From Methanomicrobiales archaeon (lineage in GTDB: Archaea; Halobacteriota; Methanomicrobia; Methanomicrobiales; Methanospirillaceae): DNA of 64,000 nucleotides. This document shows, piece after piece, positions 1 to 10,004 of this stretch. The notes beneath the pieces were generated by a model. That model saw only the letters and a program-made list of their open reading frames with translations, searched no databases and was not told the origin of the DNA. Made by a program: the position numbers and the translations under genes. Each line of letters starts with the position of its first letter. Position 1 is the stretch's first letter. Location: positions 12 to 64,011 of the forward strand of contig JANYKQ010000064.1 in the NCBI GenBank assembly GCA_025358115.1. The letters are read 5' to 3'.

Positions 1-51
1 CGAGAATAGGCCCTGAACCTATCGCCTTTGACCTGGCTCGGCAACCCTCGC
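1..51 (-). tRNA. tRNA-Leu (CAG), 5' part; 3' end lies beyond the window start
   Basis: Reverse complement reads GCGAGGG TT GCCGAGCCAGGTCAAAGGC G ATAGG TTCAGGG CCTAT TCTCG: acceptor 5' strand, D-arm, perfect anticodon stem ATAGG/CCTAT with CAG, and start of the variable arm. Confidence 0.9.
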
Positions 52-87
52 ATTTTTGTTAATTTTCTTTCTTTTTGTGCACGATGT

Positions 88-155
88 GACCAGATGCCAT
101 GATCAGGCATGAAGCCCTGAACCTGGCGCCTTTAACCGGGCTTGGCTACCCTCGC
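88..155 (-). pseudogene. tRNA-Leu(CAG)-like 5' fragment with a ~20-nt insert after the anticodon; no T-arm or 3' acceptor strand
   Basis: Reverse complement GCGAGGGTAGCCAAGCCCGGTTAAAGGCGCCAGGTTCAGGG-CTTCATGCCTGATCATGGCAT-CTGGTC, then no GTTCRAATC. Confidence 0.6.
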
Positions 156-198
156 GCTTGTATAGATTACTGTTGAAATTAAATAAAGATAGGGGTCA

Positions 199-2061
199 TT
201 ATGCCTTTTTAGGGGCACCGTTATCATTGGACCCTTTCTTCATCTCCTGCTCGCGGAGCTCTTTTCTCCGTATCTTTCCGGAAATGGTCTTTGGTAAGGT
301 AGCAACAAACTCAATCGCCCGGGGATATTTGTAGGGAGCGGTCACGTTCTTGACATGGTTCTGGATCTCCCTCACCAGGGTTTCTGACGGCTGGAACCCG
401 GGCTTGAGGATGACAAATGCCTTGACAATCAGGCCGCGGACATCATCCGGAGACCCGACAACGGCAGCTTCCTGCACCGCGGGGTGCTCGATGAGCGCAC
501 TCTCGACTTCGAACGGCCCGATACGGTAACCGGATGATTTTATCACATCGTCATCCCGGCCGATAAACCAGAGATACCCGTCTTCGTCCTTGTAGGCTTT
601 GTCCCCGGTATAGTAATAATCGCCAATAAACGATTTCTTATTCTCATCGGGATTGTTGAGATATTCCCGGAACATTCCCACCGGGCGCGGATTCATCTTG
701 ATCGCGATCCGGCCTTCTTCATGCATGGGAACGGGTTTACCATGGTCATCGTGGAGTTCCACGTGCCAGCCGGGTGAGGGTCTTCCCATGGAACCGAATT
801 TCGGGGTCATACCGGGGAAAGTACCAATGCAGAGCACCGTCTCGGTCTGACCATAGCCCTCGTAAATGGTCATACCGGTTGCATCCCTCCAGGCCTTGAT
901 CACTTCAGGGTTGAGCGGTTCTCCGGCACTGACGCAGTGGCGGAGCTCGGAGAAATCGAACTTGTCGAGATCGGCTAAGATCAGCATACGGTAAATCGTG
1001 GGCGGGCAGCAGAATGTTGTGATGCCATATTTTTCTATGAGCGGGAGGATCTCGGTTGCATTGAACCGGCTTCGTATATCGTACACAAAGATGGCCGAAC
1101 CTTCGATCCACTGGCCATAGAATTTCCCCCATGCGCTCTTTGCCCAGCCGGTATCGGAAAGGGTGAAGTGGAGATCATTCATGCGCAGATCATGCCAGAA
1201 CCGTGCCGTAACGATATGTCCGAGCGGGTAACTCTGCTCGTGCACCACCATCTTGGGGTCTCCCGTTGTACCGGAGGTGAAGAAGATCACGAGCGGATCG
1301 GTGCTCCGGGTCTTTTTCATGCTGGGCAGATTGACAATTTTTGCTGACACGGGTGCCGGGTAATCCAGTTCGGTTAAGTAACTGATCCAGCCCGGGCGCT
1401 TGCCATCGATGAGGACTTTGCAGGAAAGGGACGGGCATTCCTTGGCTATCTCTTCGATCTTGTCTGCCTGCTCCTCCATGGTAATGACCATCTTGATATC
1501 GGCAATATTGATCCGGTATTTCAGGTCCTTGGGCGTGAGCATCGTGGGGGCGGGAACATAGACTGCCCCCCGCTTGATAAGACCGATAGTAAAGGTCCAC
1601 CATTCGGGAACCCGGGGGAGCATAATCAGTACACGGTCACCCTTACTGACGCCGTACTTGATCATGATGTTCACGATCTGGTTTGAGAGACGCATCAGGT
1701 CCCAGAACGTGAACGTCTTCTCCTTGCCTTCCTGGTTCACCCAGAGCATGGCGAGTTTGTTCCGGTCCTTGTTTGCCCATGCATCGATCACATCAAAACC
1801 GAAGTTAAAATATTCAGGAACTTCGATGGCAAATTTCCGGAACATTTCATCATAATCCGGCATGTTATGATCTTCAGGTCCAAAGACCGGCCCGGATGAA
1901 GGCAGGGTCGTTGTACCAATGGTACCCACTCCCGTACTCTTGGTGAGCTGGGCAGTGCATGCCTCATTTATCCAGTCGGACCGGGAAATATTACGCTTCT
2001 CCGACGATTTATCGATGCTTGCAGCAAGTGAATCGTCCATAGTGACAGAATACCGCACCAT
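199..2061 (-). CDS. Acyl-CoA synthetase (AMP-forming, ACSM-like) with N-terminal CopG/ribbon-helix-helix domain
   Basis: FTSGTTGDPK, YGQTE, TGD, GRDDDVIKSSGYRIGP and LPKTISGKIRR adenylation motifs; N-terminus MVRYSVTMDDSLAASIDKSSEKRNISRSDWINEAC fits RHH; start placed at ATG 2061. Confidence 0.9.
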   Translation of the reverse strand: MVRYSVTMDDSLAASIDKSSEKRNISRSDWINEACTAQLTKSTGVGTIGTTTLPSSGPVFGPEDHNMPDYDEMFRKFAIEVPEYFNFGFDVIDAWANKDRNKLAMLWVNQEGKEKTFTFWDLMRLSNQIVNIMIKYGVSKGDRVLIMLPRVPEWWTFTIGLIKRGAVYVPAPTMLTPKDLKYRINIADIKMVITMEEQADKIEEIAKECPSLSCKVLIDGKRPGWISYLTELDYPAPVSAKIVNLPSMKKTRSTDPLVIFFTSGTTGDPKMVVHEQSYPLGHIVTARFWHDLRMNDLHFTLSDTGWAKSAWGKFYGQWIEGSAIFVYDIRSRFNATEILPLIEKYGITTFCCPPTIYRMLILADLDKFDFSELRHCVSAGEPLNPEVIKAWRDATGMTIYEGYGQTETVLCIGTFPGMTPKFGSMGRPSPGWHVELHDDHGKPVPMHEEGRIAIKMNPRPVGMFREYLNNPDENKKSFIGDYYYTGDKAYKDEDGYLWFIGRDDDVIKSSGYRIGPFEVESALIEHPAVQEAAVVGSPDDVRGLIVKAFVILKPGFQPSETLVREIQNHVKNVTAPYKYPRAIEFVATLPKTISGKIRRKELREQEMKKGSNDNGAPKKA

Positions 2062-2074
2062 AGTAATTTGTTTA

Positions 2075-2115
2075 GTGGTGCAGAAGATGAGGGTTTCGAT
2101 TGGTTTTTGCACCAC
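2075..2115. promoter_or_regulatory. Inverted repeat GTGGTGCA-N25-TGCACCAC, candidate operator
   Basis: Perfect 8-bp arms (10/11 when extended) between a TTTATAAA box (~2126-2133) and the ATG of the RHH-ACS gene. Confidence 0.5.
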
Positions 2116-2214
2116 GCAAATTTTTTTTATAAATCGAATAAACGATAATAAGCTTTAAAATGGGGACAGAAATCTTAAAAAGGGCTTAAAAAGATTGAAT
2201 TTTTTATGGTGCGA

Positions 2215-3945
2215 TCACTTCTGGTCCAGGTATTTCTTCAGTTCAGCGGCACGCAGCTCATTGCGCTTGATCTTTCCGGAGATCGTTTTGGGAAGTTCCG
2301 GTACAAACTCTATCTCGCGGGGATATTTGTACGGTGCGGTGGTTCGTTTCACATAGGTCTTGATATCCCTGATCAGCGATTCCGAAGGTTCAAAGCCCGA
2401 ATTGAGGACAACAAAGGCTTTGACAATCAGGCCCCGGATTCGATCCGGTGATCCCACAACCGCAGCTTCCTGGACAGCGGGATGTTCGAGAAGCGCACTC
2501 TCCACTTCGAACGGTCCGATCCGGTAACCGGAACTCTTGATCACATCATCATCCCTGCCAACGAACCAGTAGTAGCCATCATCATCCTTGTAGACTTTGT
2601 CACCGGTATAATACCAGCCGTTCACAAAGGACTTTTTGTTCTCCTCAGGATTGTCGATATACTCCACAAAGAGACCGGGTGGCCGGGGGTCGGTGCTGAT
2701 CCCCAGCCGGCCTTCTTCATGTTCGCCCACCGGTTTTCCATCATCATCATGCACCGCGATCTTCCAGCCGGGGGAGGGTTTTCCCATGGAACCCGGGCGG
2801 GATTCAACATTGGGAAACGCAGCAACACAGCATGCCGTTTCGGTCTGCCCGTAACCTTCACAGATGATAAGACCCGTCCCTTCCTTCCAGACCCGCATCA
2901 CTTCGGGATTGAGCGGTTCACCGGCACTCGTGCAGTGGCGGAGGCTCGAGAGATCAAACCGGTCAAGATCCGCCAGGATGAGCATGCGATAGATAGTCGG
3001 GGGACAGCAGAAGGTCGTGACCTGGTATTTTTCAAGCAGGGGGAGCACTTCGGTTGCCTGGAATTTCCCGGTGAAATGATAGACAAAGATACAGGAGCCT
3101 TCAATCCATTGCCCGAAGATCTTGCCCCAGGCGCATTTCGCCCACCCGGTATCGGCTACCGTAAAATGCAGGTCATTGTGACGGATATCCTGCCATAACT
3201 GTGCTGTAACGATATGACCCAGCGGATAACTGTGATCGTGGAGCACCATCTTGGGCTCGCCGGTTGTGCCGGAGGTGAAATAGATCAGCATCGGGTCGGT
3301 GCTTTTCGTCTTGCGCTGGTCGGGGATGCTGACAGAACGATGGGAGACCGGTGCCGGGTAGAGCAGTTCATAGGGAAAACTGGCCCACCCTTTCAGTTCG
3401 CCGTCGGCCAGAAAACGGGTGGTAAGGGTCGGGCATTCATTGCAGATCGCTTCGACCTTGGGGGCATTTTCAAGATCGGTGATGATCATCCGGAACTTCC
3501 CCTTGTTGACCCGGTATTTGATGTCACGCGAGGTGAGCATGGTCGGGCAGGGCGCAAATACTGCCCCCAGTTTGATCAAGGCAATAGCAAATATCCACCA
3601 CTCCGGGATACGGGGGAGCATCACCAGCACGCGATCTCCCTTGTTGATCCCGTATTTCAGCAGGATATTTGCCGCCTGGTTGGAGAGGTTGGCAAGATCC
3701 AGGAAACTGTATTTTTTTTCCCCGCCGGCCTGGCTTACCCAGATCATGGCAAGTTTATTGCGATCCTTTTTCGCCCACGCATCGATCACATCAAAACCGA
3801 AATTATAGAACTCCGGAACTTCGATGGAGAAGCGTGCGCACATCTCTTCATAGCTCTCGTGTATTGTCGCAGATTTGCCCATAGAATCAGGAACAATAGT
3901 TTCATGCGGTTCTCGTTTATTTTTGTCGTTTTGCAATGGAGACAA
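2215..3945 (-). CDS. Acyl-CoA synthetase (AMP-forming), tandem paralog without RHH
   Basis: YFTSGTTGEPK, YGQTE, PKTISGKIKR; closely similar to the neighbouring gene. Confidence 0.92.
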   Translation of the reverse strand: MSPLQNDKNKREPHETIVPDSMGKSATIHESYEEMCARFSIEVPEFYNFGFDVIDAWAKKDRNKLAMIWVSQAGGEKKYSFLDLANLSNQAANILLKYGINKGDRVLVMLPRIPEWWIFAIALIKLGAVFAPCPTMLTSRDIKYRVNKGKFRMIITDLENAPKVEAICNECPTLTTRFLADGELKGWASFPYELLYPAPVSHRSVSIPDQRKTKSTDPMLIYFTSGTTGEPKMVLHDHSYPLGHIVTAQLWQDIRHNDLHFTVADTGWAKCAWGKIFGQWIEGSCIFVYHFTGKFQATEVLPLLEKYQVTTFCCPPTIYRMLILADLDRFDLSSLRHCTSAGEPLNPEVMRVWKEGTGLIICEGYGQTETACCVAAFPNVESRPGSMGKPSPGWKIAVHDDDGKPVGEHEEGRLGISTDPRPPGLFVEYIDNPEENKKSFVNGWYYTGDKVYKDDDGYYWFVGRDDDVIKSSGYRIGPFEVESALLEHPAVQEAAVVGSPDRIRGLIVKAFVVLNSGFEPSESLIRDIKTYVKRTTAPYKYPREIEFVPELPKTISGKIKRNELRAAELKKYLDQK

Positions 3946-4105
3946 AATTACCGTTTGGGAAGGAACCTTGGAAATTTTTGTGATTTTAAAAACGCGGACC
4001 GTTTTTTCCGGAATTGCCTACTAGCAATAACGACGGCCGGGAAATAAAATGGAGGAAAAAAAATTTCCATTAGTATTATGATAAAAGCCAAATTATAGTA
4101 TAATA

Positions 4106-4660
4106 ATGGCTGATAAAAAGTATGAATCCTTAAAGATTGAGAACATCGTTGCCTCCGGTGTGATTGCAGATTCCATTGACCTGGCAGAAGTGTCAAAAAA
4201 AATCAAAAACTGTGAGCTCAATACAAAACGATTCCCCGGGGCAGTATACCGGATTGCAGATCCCAAGATCGCATCCCTGATCTTTTCTTCAGGAAAAGTG
4301 GTCTTAACCGGCATCCGTAACCAGCAGGCACTCGATGAGGGTCTTAAAATTATTATGAATTCGCTCAGGAGTGCCGGCGTCAGTACCCACAAAGAGCCAA
4401 AAGTTGCAACAACCAATATGGTCTGCTCATACGATAGCGGCAAATCCATCAATCTCAACAAGGTAGTCGTGACCCTCAATGTTGAAAATATCGAGTACGA
4501 ACCCGAACAGTTCCCCGGCCTCGTTTACCGGATTAAGGAACCAAAAATTGTAGCTCTGATTTTCTCTTCAGGAAAGATCATCCTTACCGGGGGAAAGAAG
4601 ATGGAAGATATCCGGAAGGGACTGGACTTCCTCGAGCAGAAACTCGAGAGCATCGGGTAA
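4106..4660 (+). CDS. tbp: TATA-box-binding protein
   Basis: Two TBP repeats: IENIVAS...FPGAVYRIADPKIASLIFSSGKVVLTG and YEPEQFPGLVYRIKEPKIVALIFSSGKIILTG. Confidence 0.97.
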   Translation: MADKKYESLKIENIVASGVIADSIDLAEVSKKIKNCELNTKRFPGAVYRIADPKIASLIFSSGKVVLTGIRNQQALDEGLKIIMNSLRSAGVSTHKEPKVATTNMVCSYDSGKSINLNKVVVTLNVENIEYEPEQFPGLVYRIKEPKIVALIFSSGKIILTGGKKMEDIRKGLDFLEQKLESIG

Positions 4661-4665
4661 TAATT

Positions 4666-4682
4666 AAAAAAAAAATTTTTTT
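4666..4682. terminator. A10/T7 tract between convergent tbp and lhr, candidate bidirectional archaeal terminator
   Basis: Oligo-T run on each strand just downstream of the two stop codons. Confidence 0.45.
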
Positions 4683-4706
4683 GTAACTCTCATTCATGTG
4701 CCAGAC

Positions 4707-7403
4707 TTATGACCAGTACCGGTGCGTCTGGATAAAATTGCGCTCTGCCTTGAGAATCTCGCGATAAAAAGCATCCCCGTCAGCCTGGGTCCCGAGAATC
4801 CGTGAAGCATTTTCCGGGCCAACTCCCCGGGCGGAAAGGGCAATCACGGCTTTCTTCCCACTGGAGAGCACGATATTGGCACTTTTAACCAGTCGCTGCT
4901 CGATCGCTCGCTCTTCTGCATTCTTTTTTGGCTTCCTGAGCATGGCATACTGCTCTTCATCAAAGGGTTTGATGGCAGCGATCAGGCGGGCCCCGCACTT
5001 CGGGCACTGGGGCGGATCCGGAACCCGGGAGACAACGGTCTTACTCTTCCAGTCCCGGCAGTTCATGCAGGCCAGGATGATATCATCCTGTTCGAGCCGG
5101 CGTTTTAACGTGGCAATCACCGCATGATCGGCAGTTGGGGGAGGTATCTGGTCCCGGGACGAGAGCAGTCCCCCGGCACCTATGAGGGAATGGGGACCCA
5201 GCGCAACCTGGATCTTTCCGTCTTTGACCAGACCAACGATTGCAGCCGCAGTACTGACGTCCATGTAATCCGAGAGGAGTTCGCGGTACGCTTCCTGCTG
5301 GACAACGGTATTATCAAAGAAATCGAGCAGCCGGTGGATGCTGATCTTCTCGTAATCCGCATCCGCATCGATTGCACCAAACTTCTTTGCAATCTGCACC
5401 AGTTTCCATTTGAAGAGCGCAGTGCGTTTCAGGGCAAGCTGGAGGATGCCGGCCATGTGGGCCGGATTGAGGGAGACGAGGAGATCCCGCACATCCGCGG
5501 CCCGGATGGACGAGGGAAGGCGCAGTAGCATCCGGTAGGCATCGAGTTCGAGACCAACGGTTGTCCCGTACCGGGCCGAGATCAGGATCGAGAGCACGCG
5601 ACCGAGCGCCTCGTTCGCCTTGTGCCCGGCACAGACATTGCACACAACCCCGTCATCAGTATTCTCGAGTGTGATCAGATCATCCGTAGGAACGAGCGAG
5701 CGGTTCTTGTCCATCTCGGAAAGGAATCCTCCGGCAAAGGCAATCCCTTCATCTCCGGCAGCGTAATCCGCAATCTTCCGGGTCCTGCGTACTTGTCCTA
5801 CTTCCCGGGCAACATTGAACGGTACCGGGATCTGTTCACCTTCCCAGGAGGGCAGCTCCCCAAGCGCCTTCTTTGCCGGTTCAACGGTGAGTTTCCCGTC
5901 CGCGATGTCCAGCACGCGCCAGAGCTGGCCCTTGGTGATGAAGACCGCACCGGTGTGCACCCAGCCGACAACAAACGATTCATCGAGCGTGCCCACGGTC
6001 CGCCGTGAGACCATGTCAAAGACCGGCACTTTCCGCTCATCATGGATCATCGAGAGATTGTTGGAGAGGTACCGCCGGGCCCGGCCCGTGGTGATGATAC
6101 GACTGCCGTCATTCCGGATGAGGCGGTGCTCTTCCATCTGTTTGCAGACATCCTCAAGCAGCGCCTCGCACCGGGGATAGAGGGCAGTGCGTTCAAGGAT
6201 CTCAACAATGGCCGAACGCTCGATCTCCCCGTACTCCACCGCGATCGCGGCCACCTGGTTGGCGAGCACATCAGCCGCATTCCGGGGGAGGACCACCGGC
6301 TCGATCTCGTTTCCTTTGGCCATCTTCGCGATAACCAGGGATTCCAGCAGATCGTCAAAACCGGTGGCAAAGATGGTGCCCCGGGAGATGGTGTTGAGCT
6401 GGTGCCCGGCCCGGCCCACCCGCTGCACCAGCCGGGCCACTTCGCGGGGGGAGCCGAACTGGATGACATGATCCACCCGGCCGATATCGATCCCGAGTTC
6501 CATGGATGACGTGCAGATGAGGGTCCGGATCTCGCCCTTTTTGAACCGCTCTTCGGCATCGATCCTCACCTCCTTGGAGAGCGAACCGTGGTGCACTTCC
6601 ACATCCCCGTGCTCGAAGAGTGCATGGCCGAGCGCTTCGGCCGTCACCCGGGTATTGACAAAGACCAGCGTGGAACCTTCGCGCTTGAGCGCCCTGGAGA
6701 GCACTTCCGTCTGGTGCCTGAAATCATCGCCAACATATTTTACCGAGATATCCAGGTGCTTTGCCACCGGTACCTGCACCACGGAACACGGGCGATCCCC
6801 GCAGAGGAAGCGGGCGATCTCGTCGGGATTTCCCACCGTTGCCGAGAGTCCTATGCGCTGGAATTCCCCGGCATAGACATGGAGGCGTTCCATTGCAACG
6901 GCCAGCTGTGCACCCCGCTTGCTTCCGGCCAGCTCATGGACTTCATCCACGATCACGTACCGGACATTCTTAAGATGCTGCCGCAGGACCTTTCCCATGA
7001 AGAGTGCCTGCACGGTTTCCGGCGTGGTGATGAGGAGGTCCGGGGGTTTGAGCGCCTGTTTGCGGCGCTCTGCCATGGGCGTATCGCCATGCCGGACACC
7101 AACCGTCAGGCCGAGTTCCCCGCACCACCACTGCATTCGCGAAAGAATATCCCGGTTGAGTGCCCGGAGCGGGGTGATGTAGATCGCCTTGAAACCCCCA
7201 CCAGCCGGAAGGGAGAGCAGGCCGTCAAAGACCGGAAACATTGCACTCTCGGTCTTTCCGGTGCCGGTGGGTGCGATCAGCACGAGATGTTTCCCTTCAA
7301 CGATTAGGGGAATGGCCTGGCTCTGCGCATCGGAGAGACGGGTAAACCCGCGTTTCCTGATGCATTCCTGCACCTTTGGACTGAGCAACTCAATCTGCTT
7401 CAT
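4707..7403 (-). CDS. lhr: Lhr-family SF2 helicase with C-terminal Zn finger
   Basis: APTGTGKT, DEVH, SAT, HHGSLS, QRVGRAGH, LPSWEGE; CxxC...CPKC near the C-terminus. Confidence 0.93.
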   Translation of the reverse strand: MKQIELLSPKVQECIRKRGFTRLSDAQSQAIPLIVEGKHLVLIAPTGTGKTESAMFPVFDGLLSLPAGGGFKAIYITPLRALNRDILSRMQWWCGELGLTVGVRHGDTPMAERRKQALKPPDLLITTPETVQALFMGKVLRQHLKNVRYVIVDEVHELAGSKRGAQLAVAMERLHVYAGEFQRIGLSATVGNPDEIARFLCGDRPCSVVQVPVAKHLDISVKYVGDDFRHQTEVLSRALKREGSTLVFVNTRVTAEALGHALFEHGDVEVHHGSLSKEVRIDAEERFKKGEIRTLICTSSMELGIDIGRVDHVIQFGSPREVARLVQRVGRAGHQLNTISRGTIFATGFDDLLESLVIAKMAKGNEIEPVVLPRNAADVLANQVAAIAVEYGEIERSAIVEILERTALYPRCEALLEDVCKQMEEHRLIRNDGSRIITTGRARRYLSNNLSMIHDERKVPVFDMVSRRTVGTLDESFVVGWVHTGAVFITKGQLWRVLDIADGKLTVEPAKKALGELPSWEGEQIPVPFNVAREVGQVRRTRKIADYAAGDEGIAFAGGFLSEMDKNRSLVPTDDLITLENTDDGVVCNVCAGHKANEALGRVLSILISARYGTTVGLELDAYRMLLRLPSSIRAADVRDLLVSLNPAHMAGILQLALKRTALFKWKLVQIAKKFGAIDADADYEKISIHRLLDFFDNTVVQQEAYRELLSDYMDVSTAAAIVGLVKDGKIQVALGPHSLIGAGGLLSSRDQIPPPTADHAVIATLKRRLEQDDIILACMNCRDWKSKTVVSRVPDPPQCPKCGARLIAAIKPFDEEQYAMLRKPKKNAEERAIEQRLVKSANIVLSSGKKAVIALSARGVGPENASRILGTQADGDAFYREILKAERNFIQTHRYWS

Positions 7404-8145
7404 CAGGAATCAGCGCCCGCAGGGGTCCGATGTACGTCCCATCGGCAAGGATGATCTCGGTATCCTCTTTGTTCATCAGCCGCGAGAGCGGTGAGAAGGG
7501 TTTCTTGATGATCTGGAGGATGTCGTACCCGGCAATCTCATTGAACGAGGGCACGAAGAGCACCCGGGATGGCGTGCCTTTGCCGGAGAGCGATAGACCA
7601 TCCGGACCTTTCGGATCAATGCCGGCCCGCAGGTACGCGGGAGTCTGCAATGCGCAGCCAACCTCGTCCCGGAGCGAGAGCAGGGGATGGTGATGCCCGA
7701 TCACGATCAGGCCGCCGGCCAGTGCAGGAGCCGGGATCATATGCCCGTGAAGATATCCCACGCCATCGATAATCGCACCGTCTTTGGGCTGGAGCTCATC
7801 TTCATTCAAAAATCGTTCCAGACCTATATCATGGTTACCGGGAAACACGTGAAGCGGCACTCGTGATCTCAGGGAATCCAGAATTTTTGGCAGCTCGTGA
7901 AACTCCTGCCAGGTGAGGGAGGGGATACTATGCTTGATATCGCCGAGCAGGATGAGTGCATCCGGTTTTGTCGAGTCGATAATCTTGTGGAGGCGCTCAA
8001 GCCTCCGCTCGGTCCGGCTCTTGAAGTGCAGGCCGTGGGCCGCCAGGTCAGCCTCGATCCCGAAATGGAGGTCCGCAACAATGAGCATACGCTGCTCGCC
8101 TTCGATGATAAGTGCCGGGCCCTCCCCGATAAATTCCATCTTCAT
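7390..8145 (-). CDS. Calcineurin-like metallophosphoesterase (Lhr-associated)
   Basis: DLH, GD, GNHD, HGH, GHHHP motifs; overlaps the lhr start; start 8145 or 8139. Confidence 0.9.
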   Translation of the reverse strand: MKMEFIGEGPALIIEGEQRMLIVADLHFGIEADLAAHGLHFKSRTERRLERLHKIIDSTKPDALILLGDIKHSIPSLTWQEFHELPKILDSLRSRVPLHVFPGNHDIGLERFLNEDELQPKDGAIIDGVGYLHGHMIPAPALAGGLIVIGHHHPLLSLRDEVGCALQTPAYLRAGIDPKGPDGLSLSGKGTPSRVLFVPSFNEIAGYDILQIIKKPFSPLSRLMNKEDTEIILADGTYIGPLRALIPDEAD

Positions 8146-8924
8146 AATGGCTTGACAAATCCTTTCTGGGGCTGGTAGCATTCATCGTCAACAATGAGCG
8201 ACTCAATCGCTGCGAGCACATCAGCCGGGGCGATCCTGCGTTCGCTCGTCTGGCGGAGGATCTCTTCAACCGCAATGCCCCGGGGACCGCTGGCCGCAGT
8301 CATGATCTCCATCACCAGTTCACGGACCAGGGATGGTTCGACTTCGGCGGGAACGGGTACCTTTTCTGCGGGTTTGATGCTCTGCACCGCACAGCCAACC
8401 ATGTCCGCAAGAACCTGCAGTTGTTCCGGCGTAGTTGCGTAGTGGCGGTGCGCAGTGAGGACTCGCGGGTCTTTGCAGGTATCGAGCTGGGCAAGCCGGA
8501 GCTCTTCAAGCCGCACAAGGGTTGCCTCTGCGGTCGCAAGCGTCCACTGGTCCCGGACCGCCCGGTCCACGACCGTAACATTATCCGGGCGTATTGAAAG
8601 ATCCACCCGGTCGTTCCGGCGGTAAAGCTGGGCCCGGCCGGTCACGGTTACAAAGGAAGGCACTGGAATAGTTCTGACCTGCTCTGCCAGGGCAGAATCT
8701 TTCCCGCCGATAACGAGATTGAATGCCCCGGTCGGATCTGCCAGCCGGCATCGCAGCATATCCCCGTACTCCGTTATCTCGGTGATTGCCCCTGCGAGAT
8801 ACACCTGACGGCACCAGGCTCCACCGGGGGTCACGACCCAGGCTGCACTCTTGTCGTCATCTGCCTGGACTGATAGGGTGGATCCGGAAAAATCCCCGGC
8901 AAAGACCCGTGCTGCGCCTTCCAT
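8142..8924 (-). CDS. OB-fold ssDNA-binding protein with C-terminal winged helix (RPA-associated/Rpa2-like)
   Basis: ARVFA, RLADPTGAF, FVTVTGR OB pattern; C-terminal AIESLIVDDECYQPQKGFVK. Confidence 0.75.
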   Translation of the reverse strand: MEGAARVFAGDFSGSTLSVQADDDKSAAWVVTPGGAWCRQVYLAGAITEITEYGDMLRCRLADPTGAFNLVIGGKDSALAEQVRTIPVPSFVTVTGRAQLYRRNDRVDLSIRPDNVTVVDRAVRDQWTLATAEATLVRLEELRLAQLDTCKDPRVLTAHRHYATTPEQLQVLADMVGCAVQSIKPAEKVPVPAEVEPSLVRELVMEIMTAASGPRGIAVEEILRQTSERRIAPADVLAAIESLIVDDECYQPQKGFVKPL

Positions 8925-9131
8925 ATTTCGTAATAAAATGGTCCGGGTGAGATATTCAAGATATAGTCAGTACAGTTAGTCCGGAGATAGGCAAAGATTT
9001 GCATCTCCCATCAGGTCGTGTTGGAAGGTGCAGGCAGAAACGGAGCGCGACATGGTGGCGCTGGTTCTGACGGTGCTGGCGAAGGCGTTTGCAAGCGATC
9101 ACTAACAAAATCAAAAAATAAAACGGGGAAT

Positions 9132-10004
9132 TTAGAGTGATTTATCTGATATCGATTGACCTTCCCCATACTTCGCCAGTGTCGCTTGATCCACCATTGC
9201 CCAGTCATGCAATTTACGGTTAATCGCACCTAAGGTACTTGCCCGATCCGTAAATTTTTGACTTTTCTGATATACCCCGTCCTTTTCGGTCAGGTACTCA
9301 GATAAAAATTTTGTCCGGAGAAGTTCCATCTGTTCCCTGACTGTCTTCTGGAGCTCTTTTTTCCCATAATCGGAAACATGATCTTTGATACGTTCAAGGC
9401 CATCGTTTACCAACTCCTCAACGGTTTTACCGGTGCAGGCCGGAGAGAAAATTTGCATTACGCCATCGATTATTCCATAACGGATTTCCCTGCGTTTTGA
9501 TGCCATTTCCGGGACAAGTGTAAAAGGAAGCGTTGGTAATTTCGTTAAATTGAGGCGGGCCTTTTGCGCATCCAGAAGAGCATTTTTGAGATCGGCATTC
9601 TGAATATACTCCGGTTTAAACACTTTGAATTTGTCTTTTACAATGATCTCGCAAAAACAGCCATCATCTACGTACTGAAGTCTGCTGCAAATCACATCAG
9701 GGTCCGATTTGTGAGGGTGAAGACCGTAGGACCCCAGACTTTCCGTATCGATATCTTTGTAAGATGCGAGCTGGTCGGTTTTTTCATCCGGGTTGAGGGT
9801 CAGTTCAACAATAAGAGTTCCCTTCTCACAGCTCGAAACAATGTCCGGTCTTCTCTCCTCACTTTCCTGCCACGTTAAAAATTTGGAATCAATACGGTAT
9901 TTTTCAAATCCTGCCTGTCGTAGTGGGCCGGTAAATTTATTCGTTTTATGAAAAAGGTAAATCGTATTGCGCCAGAGAGCCAGGCGCGGAGGGACATCAG
10001 GCAA
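9132..10004 (-). CDS. Hypothetical protein, possible PD-(D/E)xK-like fold
   Basis: 290-aa ORF overlapping the upstream ORF by 8 nt; RPDIV...LIVELTL. Confidence 0.7.
   Translation of the reverse strand: MPDVPPRLALWRNTIYLFHKTNKFTGPLRQAGFEKYRIDSKFLTWQESEERRPDIVSSCEKGTLIVELTLNPDEKTDQLASYKDIDTESLGSYGLHPHKSDPDVICSRLQYVDDGCFCEIIVKDKFKVFKPEYIQNADLKNALLDAQKARLNLTKLPTLPFTLVPEMASKRREIRYGIIDGVMQIFSPACTGKTVEELVNDGLERIKDHVSDYGKKELQKTVREQMELLRTKFLSEYLTEKDGVYQKSQKFTDRASTLGAINRKLHDWAMVDQATLAKYGEGQSISDKSL

Noticed and set aside
1-155. tRNA fragment as an integrative-element att site
   Set aside because: The copies are only ~105 bp apart, divergent in sequence, and no integrase is present
4707-8145. Lhr plus metallophosphoesterase pair as a new system
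   Set aside because: This linkage is well known in archaea and bacteria
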